Source: an uncultured cyanobacterium
GTDB lineage: Bacteria > Cyanobacteriota > Cyanobacteriia > CAKZMO01
Direction of reading: 5' to 3'
Length of the DNA stretch: 64,000 bases
NCBI GenBank assembly: GCA_963719515.1
Contig: CAVRCJ010000019.1
Span: 96,001 to 160,000, forward strand
Below are positions 1 to 10,019 of this stretch, piece by piece. The notes below the pieces were generated by a model. The model searched no databases, was not told the DNA's origin, and worked only from the letters and a program-made list of their open reading frames with translations. The translations under genes were made by a program, and so were the position numbers. Each line of letters begins with the position of its first letter. Within the stretch, counting starts at the first letter, position 1.

Positions 1-52
1 CTCGGTGCAAAGCCAGTGGCTATAGCCTCAGCTCTCTCAGAGATTATGGCTG

Positions 53-841
53 CTAAGATTCGTAAGGGTTTCTGGGTTCTGGGATTTCCGCCAGCTCGTC
101 TGCCTGAATGACGAGCTGGCGATCGCCGTTGAGGGTCTCGCTGGTCATTTCTCCGGTTACGCGCACCCACTGGTCCGCCGGTGGTGGGGTAGTGAGGGCG
201 GGAAACCTGACCGGTAACCCAACGGGGTAAGCGTCTGCGGCGCAGCAGGTAATGACAAAGCGGGAGAGGATGAGATAACCGTCAGGCAGCTCAGCGGGGA
301 AAACCACAAACCCATCGACGTTTACGGGCTGGCCGACATAGGCGTCGGGCTCGGGATAGACGTTGAGGGTGCCGACCCAGTCGAGAAGCGATTTTTCGCT
401 CGGGTCTGAAGAAACGCTGAAGGACTGCGGCTGGGGACGCGTTAGCGTTAGGGTTTCGGTAACGCCCCGCTGGAGGGCAATATCGCTGGTGAACGGACGG
501 GGGGACAAGACAAAGCCCACTAAGGCAATACTGAGCAGCAGCAGGGTGCTCCAGCGGCGGGGAATGAGGGAAACATGCCGGGCTGATGGAATCCGCTGCC
601 GCACGGATAGCCGCTGCAGCATCCGCCAAACCCCGAGGCCCAAGAGCACGAAGCCCGCAACGACCGCCAGCCAAATGTAGTTGGGATGCAGCAAAAAGTA
701 GATCTGCCCCGAAATCCAGTACTTCAGCAGCAGCAATCCCCAGCTGATCAAGACGGCAACGTCGAGCCAGTCGAGCCAGTTCGACTGCGGGGGCCGGGAG
801 CCGGGAGAGGCAAACTTAGGTGGACGGGAGCGCACAGTCAT
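53..841 (-). CDS. TIGR03943/DUF1980-family putative permease subunit (YcgQ-like)
   Basis: N-terminal TM helices with LLHP motif; C-terminal RFVITCCAADA motif; directly downstream of a DUF318 permease. Confidence 0.85.
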   Translation of the reverse strand: MTVRSRPPKFASPGSRPPQSNWLDWLDVAVLISWGLLLLKYWISGQIYFLLHPNYIWLAVVAGFVLLGLGVWRMLQRLSVRQRIPSARHVSLIPRRWSTLLLLSIALVGFVLSPRPFTSDIALQRGVTETLTLTRPQPQSFSVSSDPSEKSLLDWVGTLNVYPEPDAYVGQPVNVDGFVVFPAELPDGYLILSRFVITCCAADAYPVGLPVRFPALTTPPPADQWVRVTGEMTSETLNGDRQLVIQADELAEIPEPRNPYES

Positions 842-843
842 AG

Positions 844-1851
844 CTATCCCCGGTAGACGTTGACCAACATCGCCGCCAGGAAGGTCAACTGTCCTGTGAG
901 GGCAAAAAGGTAAAAGATAATTCGACCGCGAAACACTGACAGTAGCAGGCCAACGTTTTTAATGTCAATCATGGGGCCGAACACTAAAAAGGCCAAAATT
1001 GACCCTTCAGTAAACAGAGAGGCAAACGACAGCGCAAAGAATGAATCCACTGTGGAGCAAATGGAGACCACTGCGGCCAGCAGCATCATGGCCAGGATTG
1101 ACGTAATCGGCCCCTGACCTAGGGCCACGATGCTCTCCCTCGGAACCGCCACCTGCACGACCGCCGCTAGGGCGCTCCCTAAAATCAGCAGCCCCCCCAA
1201 GTCTCTTAGCTCAGAGATGATATTTTCCAGCATCTGCGATCGCCGGCTGGTCCAAGACAGGGCAGGGGCCACGTTTCCGGTCTCCAGCGCCATCTGGGGC
1301 TGCCCCAAAAAGTAGGTTCCGGGCTGCAGCAGAGCACTGGCGCCGGGTTCTGCGGTGAGGGGTGTGCTTCTAAAATGACTCTCTAGAGCACGGGTGACGG
1401 CAGGCTGTAAAAATGGACGCAGATCGCGCTGAACGCTAAATATCCAGGCAACGGTTATGGCGATCGCCAGGGTAAAGACCACCCGGAAAACGACGATCTC
1501 TGGCTGGTTGCGAAACGCGACCCAGGTGGCCCAAATGACGATGGGGTTGATGGTGGGAGCTGCCAGCAAAAAACCAATCGCTACCGAGGGGGACACCCCT
1601 TTGATGAGCAGCCGTCGCGCGACGGGAACATTGCCGCACTCGCACACAGGGAACAGACAGCCAAACAGGCTACCGGCGATCGCACCCAAAAGGGGATGGC
1701 GGGGTAGCACTGCGACCAGGCGGGCTTCGTCAACCACGGCGAGCAGAACGCTGGAGAACATAACGCCCAGCAGCAAAAAGGGCATCGCCTCCACAAGAAG
1801 GCTGAAGAAGAGCGTCAGCATATCGCCAAGCTGACCAGTGAGTTGACCCAT
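844..1851 (-). CDS. DUF318/ArsP-family permease (YcgR-like)
   Basis: EAMPFLLLG, FPVCECGNVP, ICSTVDSF and GPMIDIK motifs; multi-TM; 2 bp from its partner gene. Confidence 0.88.
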   Translation of the reverse strand: MGQLTGQLGDMLTLFFSLLVEAMPFLLLGVMFSSVLLAVVDEARLVAVLPRHPLLGAIAGSLFGCLFPVCECGNVPVARRLLIKGVSPSVAIGFLLAAPTINPIVIWATWVAFRNQPEIVVFRVVFTLAIAITVAWIFSVQRDLRPFLQPAVTRALESHFRSTPLTAEPGASALLQPGTYFLGQPQMALETGNVAPALSWTSRRSQMLENIISELRDLGGLLILGSALAAVVQVAVPRESIVALGQGPITSILAMMLLAAVVSICSTVDSFFALSFASLFTEGSILAFLVFGPMIDIKNVGLLLSVFRGRIIFYLFALTGQLTFLAAMLVNVYRG

Positions 1852-1959
1852 GAAAAACCTAGTTTGGCTAGTTTAGTGAGAAACACAATTGGGCTTAGCT
1901 TACGAGTTTAGCAATAACGGTAAACGACGTAAACCAGTCCCTGCCGTGATCCCCCGGCG

Positions 1960-2673
1960 CTAGCCGTAGCCATTCTCCGCTAAAAACGCTGCTGTGACCC
2001 AATCTGACGGGCTTCGATGCTCAGCCGCAGACTGGTTCAAATTCGCCTCACCTCCTGCCCCCCGTCCTCCGGTCAAAAACTTTTCAACGTACTTTCCCAA
2101 CACATCGGCCTCAATGTTGACGGGGCTTTGAGGCTGTAAAAATTGGAGGTTGGTGTGCTGGTAGGTCAGGGGAATGACGGCGACGCTGAACCGATCGCCT
2201 GTCGAACTGCAGTTGGCCACGGTCAGGCTGATACCGTTGACGGCGACGCTGCCTTTTTCGACGATGTAGCGGGCGATCGCTTCGGGAACCTGAATGCTCA
2301 GCTCCCAAGCCTCTGCGGTTTGAGCTGCTTTCTGCAAATAGCCAACGCCGTCGATATGGCCCGTGACGAAGTGGCCGCCGAGCTTGCTGCCCACCCGTAG
2401 CGATGCCTCCAGGTTGACCATCGAGCGGGGAAACAGCTCGCCCAGCGTTGTCCGCTTTAGGGTCTCCGGCGAGACGGCGGCGGTAAAGCCCTGGGCGAGC
2501 ACTTGGGTGACGGTCAAGCAGATGCCGTCGACGGCGATGCTGTCACCGATGGTGATGTCGTCATAAGGTGCCAGCTGTGAGGCGCGGCCCGCTGCACTGT
2601 GCCAAGACAGCTGGACCTGTTGCGCATCGATTGCATCGATCGTGCCCATCGCCTGAACGAGACCAGTAAACAT
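1960..2673 (-). CDS. ribE: Riboflavin synthase (alpha chain)
   Basis: MFTGLV N-terminus; GDSIAVDGICLTV, GGHFVTGHIDG, VNIEAD. Confidence 0.96.
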   Translation of the reverse strand: MFTGLVQAMGTIDAIDAQQVQLSWHSAAGRASQLAPYDDITIGDSIAVDGICLTVTQVLAQGFTAAVSPETLKRTTLGELFPRSMVNLEASLRVGSKLGGHFVTGHIDGVGYLQKAAQTAEAWELSIQVPEAIARYIVEKGSVAVNGISLTVANCSSTGDRFSVAVIPLTYQHTNLQFLQPQSPVNIEADVLGKYVEKFLTGGRGAGGEANLNQSAAEHRSPSDWVTAAFLAENGYG

Positions 2674-3066
2674 TGGGTTAAGCGGTGATTACCGGGAAGG
2701 TGACAAAGGTTTTCCATTTTCTATTCTAACGGCTGGTCGGGGCAGCGGACTGGACCTGACGACATCGTCAGGCTGTCTCTCCCTCAAACTCGACTTTGAA
2801 AGCCGGGGATCAAGCGGGACGCCGATTTAAATTTACTTAGCAATTGAGCGGTTTACTGTACCCAGACCGTAATTTTGCGTTTATCCTTGACATATCGTTA
2901 ATGAGTCGGGTCGGTAAATATTGCGTTGGCCCTATCCTTGAGATGCTGCTTTGGTCTCAAAGCCCAACGTTATGCAGGCGACACAAGCAACTGTCCTCGT
3001 GCAATAGGATGACTGCTGTCTCATTTACTGGTAGTTCCTTGCTCAATGGATTTTGGAGGCTAAGTA

Positions 3067-3570
3067 ATGCTAGAAATGAAGCTCGCTGGTATTGCTCTCG
3101 ATGCAGCAACCCGCAGTCCGATTGTTCTGCTGCGAGACGTTGCCGACCGGCGGCAGCTGCCCATTTTTATTAGCCAAGACCAGGCCCGCTCCATCATCAA
3201 CGCCTTAGACAACCAGGCCCCCCCCCGTCCCCTCACCCACGATCTAATCGTCAACATATTCGACGAGTGGGATATGGAATTAGAGCGCATTGTCATCCAT
3301 TCCCTCCAAGACAGCACCTTCTACGCCACGCTAATTCTCCGGCGAGGCGAGGATTGTAAAGAGATCGACTCTCGACCCAGTGATGCGATCGCCATTGCTC
3401 TCCGCACTGATAGCCCCATCTGGGTGATGGAAGAAGTTGTCGCTGAGGCGGCCATGCCCGTCGACCGAGATGCTGACGAAGCTGAGCGACTGGCCTTTCG
3501 AAGCTTTGTCGCCGATTTGAGCCCCAAAGATTTTGCCGAGCGTGGTCGCCTCAGCAGCGAAGGCGCTTAG
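3067..3570 (+). CDS. Bifunctional nuclease family protein (DUF151)
   Basis: LPIFI...PRPLTHDL and IDSRPSDAIAIA motifs; GGAGG RBS upstream. Confidence 0.92.
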   Translation: MLEMKLAGIALDAATRSPIVLLRDVADRRQLPIFISQDQARSIINALDNQAPPRPLTHDLIVNIFDEWDMELERIVIHSLQDSTFYATLILRRGEDCKEIDSRPSDAIAIALRTDSPIWVMEEVVAEAAMPVDRDADEAERLAFRSFVADLSPKDFAERGRLSSEGA

Positions 3571-3597
3571 GGGTCGGCCCTATTGAGGGGCTATCCG

Positions 3598-4722
3598 ATG
3601 CAATACCGGCGATTTGGACGCACCGAGATAGAAATATCTGTCGCTTCTTTGGGGACCATGCGCCTGTCTTCTCAGGCGCTTGCGCAGCAGGTCATCTCTA
3701 AAGCGATCGCTGCCGGAATCAACCATATTGAAACTGCTCGCGGATACGGCAGCTGCGAGACCTACGTGGGTAGAGCTTTGGCGGCGCTGGGTGTCTCGCG
3801 GGAGCGCCTCTATATCACCTCTAAGATTTTGCCTACAGCCGACGCCGCTGTCGCCGAACGGGCTATTGACCAGTCGCTGGGCGAGCTGAGAACCAGCTAT
3901 CTCGACGGCTTAGCGCTCCACGGCGTCAACACCCCTGAGCAGCTCGCCCACATCGAGTCTCCCACAGGCTGCTGGCGGGCCATCGAAAAGGCGGTCGATG
4001 ACGGCCGGGTGCGTCGCGTGGGCTTTTCTACCCACGGGCCTTTGGCGGTGATTCAGCAGGCGATCGAAAGCGATCGCTTTGCGTTCGTCAACCTGCACTA
4101 CTATCTGTTTTTTCAGCGCAACGCGGCGGCGATCGCTCTAGCCCATCAAAAAGACATGGGTGTATTCATTATTTCCCCTGCGGATAAGGGCGGGCTGCTG
4201 CATGCTCCGCCGCCGAGGCTCGTGGACGCTTGCCGTCCCTACTCGCCCCTAGGCCTCAGCTACCGCTTCCTGCTGAGCGACCCGCGCATCTCGACCCTGA
4301 GCTTGGGGCCCTCTAAGCCTGAGGAGCTTGACGGGCCGCTGGCGCTGCTGCAGCTAGGGGAACTGACCTCGAACGAAAAATCTGCCCTGCAGCGACTCGC
4401 TGCCCAAGCCGCCGAGCGCCTAGGGACGACTCAGTGCCAGCAGTGCTACCAATGTCTCCCCTGCCCAGAGGCGATTCATATTCCGGAAGTCCTACGGCTC
4501 AGAAATCTAGCTGTCGCCCACGATATGAGTGAGTATGGCCGCTATCGCTACGGCATGTTTGAGAACGCAGGGCATTGGTTCCCAGGGCAGCGGGGCAGCC
4601 GCTGCACCGACTGCGGGGACTGTCTGCCGCGCTGCCCTGAGGCCTTACCCATTCCAGAGCTACTGCGCGACGCGGATAAGCGGCTTGCGGGCTCTTCCCG
4701 CCGCAGGCTGTGGAGCGATTAG
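3598..4722 (+). CDS. Aldo/keto reductase with C-terminal 4Fe-4S dicluster
   Basis: MQYRRFGRT start (ATG 3598), ETARGYG, CQQCYQCLPCP and CTDCGDCLPRCP. Confidence 0.9.
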   Translation: MQYRRFGRTEIEISVASLGTMRLSSQALAQQVISKAIAAGINHIETARGYGSCETYVGRALAALGVSRERLYITSKILPTADAAVAERAIDQSLGELRTSYLDGLALHGVNTPEQLAHIESPTGCWRAIEKAVDDGRVRRVGFSTHGPLAVIQQAIESDRFAFVNLHYYLFFQRNAAAIALAHQKDMGVFIISPADKGGLLHAPPPRLVDACRPYSPLGLSYRFLLSDPRISTLSLGPSKPEELDGPLALLQLGELTSNEKSALQRLAAQAAERLGTTQCQQCYQCLPCPEAIHIPEVLRLRNLAVAHDMSEYGRYRYGMFENAGHWFPGQRGSRCTDCGDCLPRCPEALPIPELLRDADKRLAGSSRRRLWSD

Positions 4723-4788
4723 CTTTATCTAGCCGCATCCAGCTGCCTCTAATCACGATCACCAAGCTGGGAGGGTAGGTCAAGGCCT

Positions 4789-6375
4789 CTAGCTTGCTTC
4801 AGCCTGCTCCAGCGGCAAAAAGATGGTCACGACTTCGCCCTGCTGGGGATGATTGCGAATTGTGAACTTGCCCCCCAGCGCCTGAAACAGATTTTTGGTG
4901 ATGTTCAAGTTGAGGCTTAAGTTGCCCGTCTCGGGCTGAAACATTAGGAGCTGACCGATAGACTTGAGGGTTAAGGAGGGAGAAAATAGGCTAGACAGGG
5001 GATTGGTGGACCAGGCTCCTTTTGAATCGCTCGCTGAGGCCGGTTCGGCAGCCCGTGAATAGAGCTGCAGCTTTAGCTGATTTCCGGCAGGAATGACGCG
5101 CATTTGAATATGGCTGCCAGCGGGTAGCGCATGGGTCACCCTGTCGATCAGGCCAGTTAACATCTGATCGAGCATTGCCGGGTCGCTCAGGACCGTGGGC
5201 AGCGAGTTGGCCCAACCGACATCGAGGGTCAAGTCACGCTCCTCAGCCTGCTGCTTCCAGCGCCCTAGATTCTTTTGGAACAGCTCTTCCAAGGAGATTT
5301 TGGCCAGCGGGCTGGTCTGCCGTGAGGCCTCCGTTTCTAGCTCTACCGCTCGGAAAAATAGACCAAACCGTTCAATCTGCCGAGTACATTCGCGATCGAT
5401 CGTTGTCAACCGCTTGACGGCCTGAGCTGGGAGATCCCGCCGTCGCAGCAGCAGGCGGGTGAGGGTGCGAATGGTGGAGAGGGGCGTGCGCACCTCATGG
5501 GCGATCGCCTTTAAAAGCTCCGCGTCGGCGCTGTCGCCAGAAACCGCATGGGACCGAAGATGTTCATCGACTACAGCAGCGTTAGCGGCGGCGGCGTTGA
5601 AGACTGACTTATGATCTGGGCGATCGCCCTCTCCCCAGTCCAGCGCCGTTTGCGCCTCGGCGTTGTGGCGCGGTTTACCCACTTGCTCAACGGTACGGGA
5701 GCGTGAGGGTTCAGCGGTTGCCAATGAGGCCAACAGCCGGCGGCTGAAGCCGGAAACCAGCTGATAGTCTGGCGGGCGGGGCGCAAACTGCTGCACTAGC
5801 GGATCGAGATGAGCTAGGGCTTCAGGGTTTGTCAACTTTACTCGGGTTCTCAGCGCCTGCCAGCACTGAGAGACCACCTCTGGGTCAAACGAAAAGTTGA
5901 AGACCTGACGGCGCTCCGCTGCGGCATGGCCTTCGTTCGGCTCGTTCCCCAGCGTGACGACGAGGCTAAATTCTGCTGTTAGCACAACGTAAAATGACTC
6001 TGTTGCCAGGGGATCGCCGGCCAGCAGGGAGATCGAGTGAGCAGGCTGACAGTTCCCTGCCGCTGTGGTTGTGGGCAGCTGCTTACGCAGTGACGATGTC
6101 CAGCTGCCGGCAAACGTCCAATCCGAAAATTGGTGCCTCAGCTGTGCCTCATGGACAATAGGCATCGGCCCCGACAGCACTACGCCCTCTTGCGGCAGTA
6201 GCGAGTTGGCCTGGATGGTTTTGCTTCCCTGAAAGAGCTGGTCTAGCAGCTCGTTTAGCGCGGTAATAGAGCCATACCATTGGCTAGTAGCCTGCCCTAA
6301 GCCGCCACTGCCTGCCGAGGAAAGCTCCAGTGATAAAATAATTTCACTGAGGGTGGGTAAGTACCAGCGGTGCAT
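4789..6375 (-). CDS. hik2: Sensor histidine kinase Hik2 (chloroplast sensor kinase homolog)
   Basis: W-x-LPTLSEI N-terminus, FSFDP sensor motif, H-box AHEVRTPLSTIRT, atypical C-terminal QPETGNLSLNL. Confidence 0.8.
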   Translation of the reverse strand: MHRWYLPTLSEIILSLELSSAGSGGLGQATSQWYGSITALNELLDQLFQGSKTIQANSLLPQEGVVLSGPMPIVHEAQLRHQFSDWTFAGSWTSSLRKQLPTTTAAGNCQPAHSISLLAGDPLATESFYVVLTAEFSLVVTLGNEPNEGHAAAERRQVFNFSFDPEVVSQCWQALRTRVKLTNPEALAHLDPLVQQFAPRPPDYQLVSGFSRRLLASLATAEPSRSRTVEQVGKPRHNAEAQTALDWGEGDRPDHKSVFNAAAANAAVVDEHLRSHAVSGDSADAELLKAIAHEVRTPLSTIRTLTRLLLRRRDLPAQAVKRLTTIDRECTRQIERFGLFFRAVELETEASRQTSPLAKISLEELFQKNLGRWKQQAEERDLTLDVGWANSLPTVLSDPAMLDQMLTGLIDRVTHALPAGSHIQMRVIPAGNQLKLQLYSRAAEPASASDSKGAWSTNPLSSLFSPSLTLKSIGQLLMFQPETGNLSLNLNITKNLFQALGGKFTIRNHPQQGEVVTIFLPLEQAEAS

Positions 6376-6619
6376 GTCAAGGGGTCCAAGGTGTATCCAG
6401 CTACAGGGTTGAGCCTGGAATAAATTGAGTTTGGGTAACGCGGCGCTTATCCTGATGCTTTTTCAGGCATAGCGCCTTTCAAAGAAAGTCCTGCGACCGG
6501 ATCAAAAGGGCATATTCCAAACTGCTGCCTTAAGCATACGAGGACAATGTTGGCAGGGGTAGCCTCTCAACCGAACGTCATTGGTTGAGATCACCGTATG
6601 GCTGTGTCAGTTGGCTGTG

Positions 6620-7330
6620 TCAGTGAAAGTCGGCCTGGTGGAAGTCGATTTGCGGCGACGCCACGGCCAATAGCCCCAGCACCGGCAGCGCTAACCGCTG
6701 CAGTGCCTCTGCCGCAGCCCTCGCCGTGGCTCCTGTGGTGTAGATGTCGTCAACTAGCAAGACGGCGTGGCGCGACTTGAGAAGGGTTGGGCTGGGGGAA
6801 AACGCGCCTGAGAGGTTAGCGTCTCGCTGGACGGGGGAGAGGCCAAACTGGGCTGTCGTGGCTCGCTCTCGAATGAGACCGCGCTGGCTTAGCGGTAGAC
6901 GGGCTGCAGCACAAAACTGCTGAGCCAAGAGCACCGCCTGGTCATAGCCGCGCTGACGACGCTTCTCATCATGCATAGGAATGGGCACAACCACGATGCG
7001 ACGGGTGCTGCGCAGGCTGGCGCATTCTGCTGACTCTAGCCAGGCTTGCGCCAGCCAATGACCCAACGGCCGGGAAATTCTCGTCTGCCGCTCATACTTT
7101 AGGGCCGCTAGCGATCGCCGTAGAGCCCCCCCATACTGCCCCCAAGGGAAGACGGGAAGCGATGAGCGCCAAAATCGTTGGCGAGACAGATACTGCTGGC
7201 GGCGAATCTGTTGCTGACACCGGGAGCACATTGCCGCAGCTGCGGGGCGATCGCACAGGGGACAGCGAGATTGAAACGCGAGATTGAGGAGCGTCTTGCC
7301 ATAGCCGCATAGCTTGTGCTGATAATCCAC
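6620..7330 (-). CDS. comF: ComF family phosphoribosyltransferase-like protein
   Basis: N-terminal CPLC...CSRC zinc ribbon, RGYDQA, LLVDDIYTTGAT. Confidence 0.92.
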   Translation of the reverse strand: MDYQHKLCGYGKTLLNLAFQSRCPLCDRPAAAAMCSRCQQQIRRQQYLSRQRFWRSSLPVFPWGQYGGALRRSLAALKYERQTRISRPLGHWLAQAWLESAECASLRSTRRIVVVPIPMHDEKRRQRGYDQAVLLAQQFCAAARLPLSQRGLIRERATTAQFGLSPVQRDANLSGAFSPSPTLLKSRHAVLLVDDIYTTGATARAAAEALQRLALPVLGLLAVASPQIDFHQADFH

Positions 7331-7705
7331 CGCTGAGCCCTACCCTCTTTTCCTGTCTGCTCCAATAGCGTTCCCCGAACGGAACCTCTTAGTAGCTCGC
7401 ATTAAAGTTTGAGGAACAAGACGGAAGTTGAATAGTCGGATGCTTGAGAAGGCTCAATATAGCCGATCGGTAACAAATTGCTGCTGGGCAAGGGCGATCG
7501 CATCTGAATCGATTATCATAGGCTCATTCACAACGTCAAAGCTTGGTATGGACTGTAAACCTGCCTAAGCTGACCCCCCAACCTGACCCTTGATTCTCAC
7601 TAGTTCCGTACGACTTAAGCCAACCTTAACCTCCAGTGAGTTTAGTGCATTGGCTGCCAGCAAATCACTTTATTAACGATTAAAATTTTTACAACGTAAA
7701 TCTTT

Positions 7706-8257
7706 TTGTCGATGGCTTTAATTAAACAAAACAACCGTAAGAGCCGGGATCTCCCGACTATAAATGAGCGTATCCGCTTTCCGGAGATCCGAGTGATTGA
7801 TACCAACGGGGATCAGCTCGGCATCATGAAGCCCTTCGATGCTCTCAAAATTGCGGAGGAAAGAGAGCTTGACCTAGTGCTGATCAGCGATAAGGCCAGT
7901 CCTCCGGTCTGCCGAATTATGGATTATGGCAAATTCAAATTTGAGCAGGAGAAGAAGGCCCGCGAGGCCCGCAAAAAGCAGCATACCTCTGACGTCAAAG
8001 AGGTGAAGATGCGCTACAAAATTGGTGAGCATGACTACAACGTGCGCCTCAATCAGGCAGAGCGCTTTTTGAAGTCGGGGGACAAGGTTAAAGCTACGGT
8101 GATGTTTCGGGGGCGAGAGATTCAGCATACCGACCTAGCGGAAATCTTGCTCAACCGACTGGCAACAGATCTAGGTGAGCTAGCCGAACTGCAGCAGGCT
8201 CCTAAGCGGGAAGGCCGCAACATGATGATGATGCTATCGCCCAAAAAGACGACTTGA
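7706..8257 (+). CDS. infC: Translation initiation factor IF-3
   Basis: [33 protein letters not shown]. The start is uncertain (TTG 7706, ATG 7712 or in-frame ATT 7721). Confidence 0.97.
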   Translation: MSMALIKQNNRKSRDLPTINERIRFPEIRVIDTNGDQLGIMKPFDALKIAEERELDLVLISDKASPPVCRIMDYGKFKFEQEKKAREARKKQHTSDVKEVKMRYKIGEHDYNVRLNQAERFLKSGDKVKATVMFRGREIQHTDLAEILLNRLATDLGELAELQQAPKREGRNMMMMLSPKKTT

Positions 8258-8309
8258 CTTGCAGCTGTTCCGCGCTAGTTCTGCGGTGTAGCCTGCCATG
8301 ATCACTGAC

Positions 8310-8339
8310 CTCCGGTCGGGAAGGTTGTCCCTGCCGGAG
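8310..8339. terminator. GC-rich hairpin between convergent infC and the SLH gene (possible terminator)
   Basis: CTCCGGTCGGGA-AGGTTG-TCCCTGCCGGAG imperfect stem; no U-tract. Confidence 0.35.
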
Positions 8340-8381
8340 AGCGGCGATCGCTGCAGCTCGTTCTGCTACAGCTGGACTCTA

Positions 8382-9470
8382 CTACGGCTGGACGATGTAC
8401 TCAGAGCTGACCGGCTCTAGCCTGCCCTGCTGCACGAGTGCCTGATAAACCATGGCGGCGGTTTCTGCTCGAGTGGCGGATTGTTGAGGATTGAGGATAT
8501 CGGTATCGGGATGACTGACCGCCAGCTCGTTCTCAGTCGCGGCTGCGACCTGCGGGACGGCCCAGTCGTCAATTTCCCCCTGGTCTGTATAGGTGGATAC
8601 CAGGTCTTCGGGGGACTGGGGAATAGCCAAGTTCAGGCCGCTGACCAGGGCTACCAGCACTTCCTCCCGGGACACGAGCTCCCCAGGGAGAAAGTTGCCT
8701 TCCGGATAGCCGCTCATGAACTCAGCGACACTGACCCGGCTGATAGAATCAGCGGCCCAGTAGTCAGCAGCGACGTCCTCGTATGGCACAGTCTCAGCAG
8801 AGGCGGTTTCAGCAAACGCTTGGGCAAGCTGGGCCGCAAATTCGGCGCGGGTAACCGGCTGCTCTGGTCTGAATCTGCCGTCACCAAAGCCCGCAATAAT
8901 TCCTGCGCTCAAAAGACTGTTGATGAATGGGGCCGCCCAGTAGTCAGGCGGCACATCCGTTAGATCGGCAACGGGGGGCTCTTCTTCCGCATCGGGGGAT
9001 TCGACCAGGCCACTGCTCGCAGTATCTGGGGCCGGGACGAGAACCTCACGCTCTGCGGCGGGAGTCGGCACAACGCCAACCGACGGCGCTGGATTGGTCT
9101 GCCTCAGCACAACGCCATCTGAATCGACGTCCTCGATAATCGTGCGTCCCCTACGTTCCTCAGCCGCTTCAAGCTCTGCTCTAGGGACTACTGCGTCAGC
9201 TCGAAGATCTGCGTCGCCGCCTCGGCCCGCCAGCCCGCTCAGCAGGGCGTCATCCTCAGCGCTGTCGGCCTCGAATCGCGATCCTAATGGCCCAGACGAT
9301 TGCTCTGAAGACCCGTCAGGGCGCTGAGCCGAAAACAGTTGGGTCCCCCCTAGACGCCCTAGGCCAAGGAACAAAAGGGTACCAATAGCGCCAAAAGCAA
9401 TAACGCTAGCAATCAGCTCGTCTTGTCGTTCATCGCGCGGTGGTTGAGGAGTGGGAGTCGGGTTAGTCAT
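8382..9470 (-). CDS. Membrane-anchored S-layer homology (SLH) domain protein
   Basis: One N-terminal TM, acidic linker, three SLH repeats (DVPPDYWA...GIIAGFGDGRFRPEQPVTRAEFA etc.); likely start MTNPTP at 9470. Confidence 0.88.
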   Translation of the reverse strand: MTNPTPTPQPPRDERQDELIASVIAFGAIGTLLFLGLGRLGGTQLFSAQRPDGSSEQSSGPLGSRFEADSAEDDALLSGLAGRGGDADLRADAVVPRAELEAAEERRGRTIIEDVDSDGVVLRQTNPAPSVGVVPTPAAEREVLVPAPDTASSGLVESPDAEEEPPVADLTDVPPDYWAAPFINSLLSAGIIAGFGDGRFRPEQPVTRAEFAAQLAQAFAETASAETVPYEDVAADYWAADSISRVSVAEFMSGYPEGNFLPGELVSREEVLVALVSGLNLAIPQSPEDLVSTYTDQGEIDDWAVPQVAAATENELAVSHPDTDILNPQQSATRAETAAMVYQALVQQGRLEPVSSEYIVQP

Positions 9471-9753
9471 GGTGGTGCGCAATACGCTCAATGAAGTACT
9501 GTTAAATCTGGCTGCTGAGGCGCAGCGCATCTAGCCTGCGCAAAGAGGCAGTAGGCGACCCGCTTGGGAAACTCGGCTCAGTAGCGATCGTAAACCGACA
9601 CTATACTACCGAGGATGGGGGGCGTCTTGTCTACAGTCTTTAGGATTTAAGGTACCATTTCTCGCTAAATTACTTCAGTAACTAGTTCTTGCGGCGGCAT
9701 GATCGCCCATAATAGAGAGAGCGCTAGGCTAAGACGAGTTGGGTTAGGCGGTT

Positions 9754-9927
9754 GTGACAGATAAGGTTCAGACCTGTTCGGTCTGTGGCGTTAAGATTCT
9801 TGCTGCACTGGGGGGCGACCGCGTCCTATTCTCAGTCGGTCCGCAGGGTACGCGCAAGGCTCTCTGGCAAAAGATATGTCGGCACGTAGATAACCCTAGC
9901 TGCATCAATAAGGATCCCAGCGGGTAG
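9754..9927 (+). CDS. 57-aa four-cysteine small protein (not in the ORF track)
   Basis: GTG..TAG ORF read by hand: MTDKVQTCSVCGVKILAALGGDRVLFSVGPQGTRKALWQKICRHVDNPSCINKDPSG. It resembles a small cyanobacterial hypothetical protein recalled from memory. Confidence 0.7.
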   Translation: MTDKVQTCSVCGVKILAALGGDRVLFSVGPQGTRKALWQKICRHVDNPSCINKDPSG

Positions 9928-10019
9928 ACTTCCCAGCCGTTTTTTCGCGCGGTCAGCCTTTCTCAAAACGTCTCGCTGCAGCCGGAACGAGTGCCTCAAT
10001 TACCCGAACTCAATGCATT

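Noticed and set aside
2674..3066. FMN riboswitch upstream of riboflavin synthase
   Set aside because: No RFN consensus elements recognised on the minus strand.
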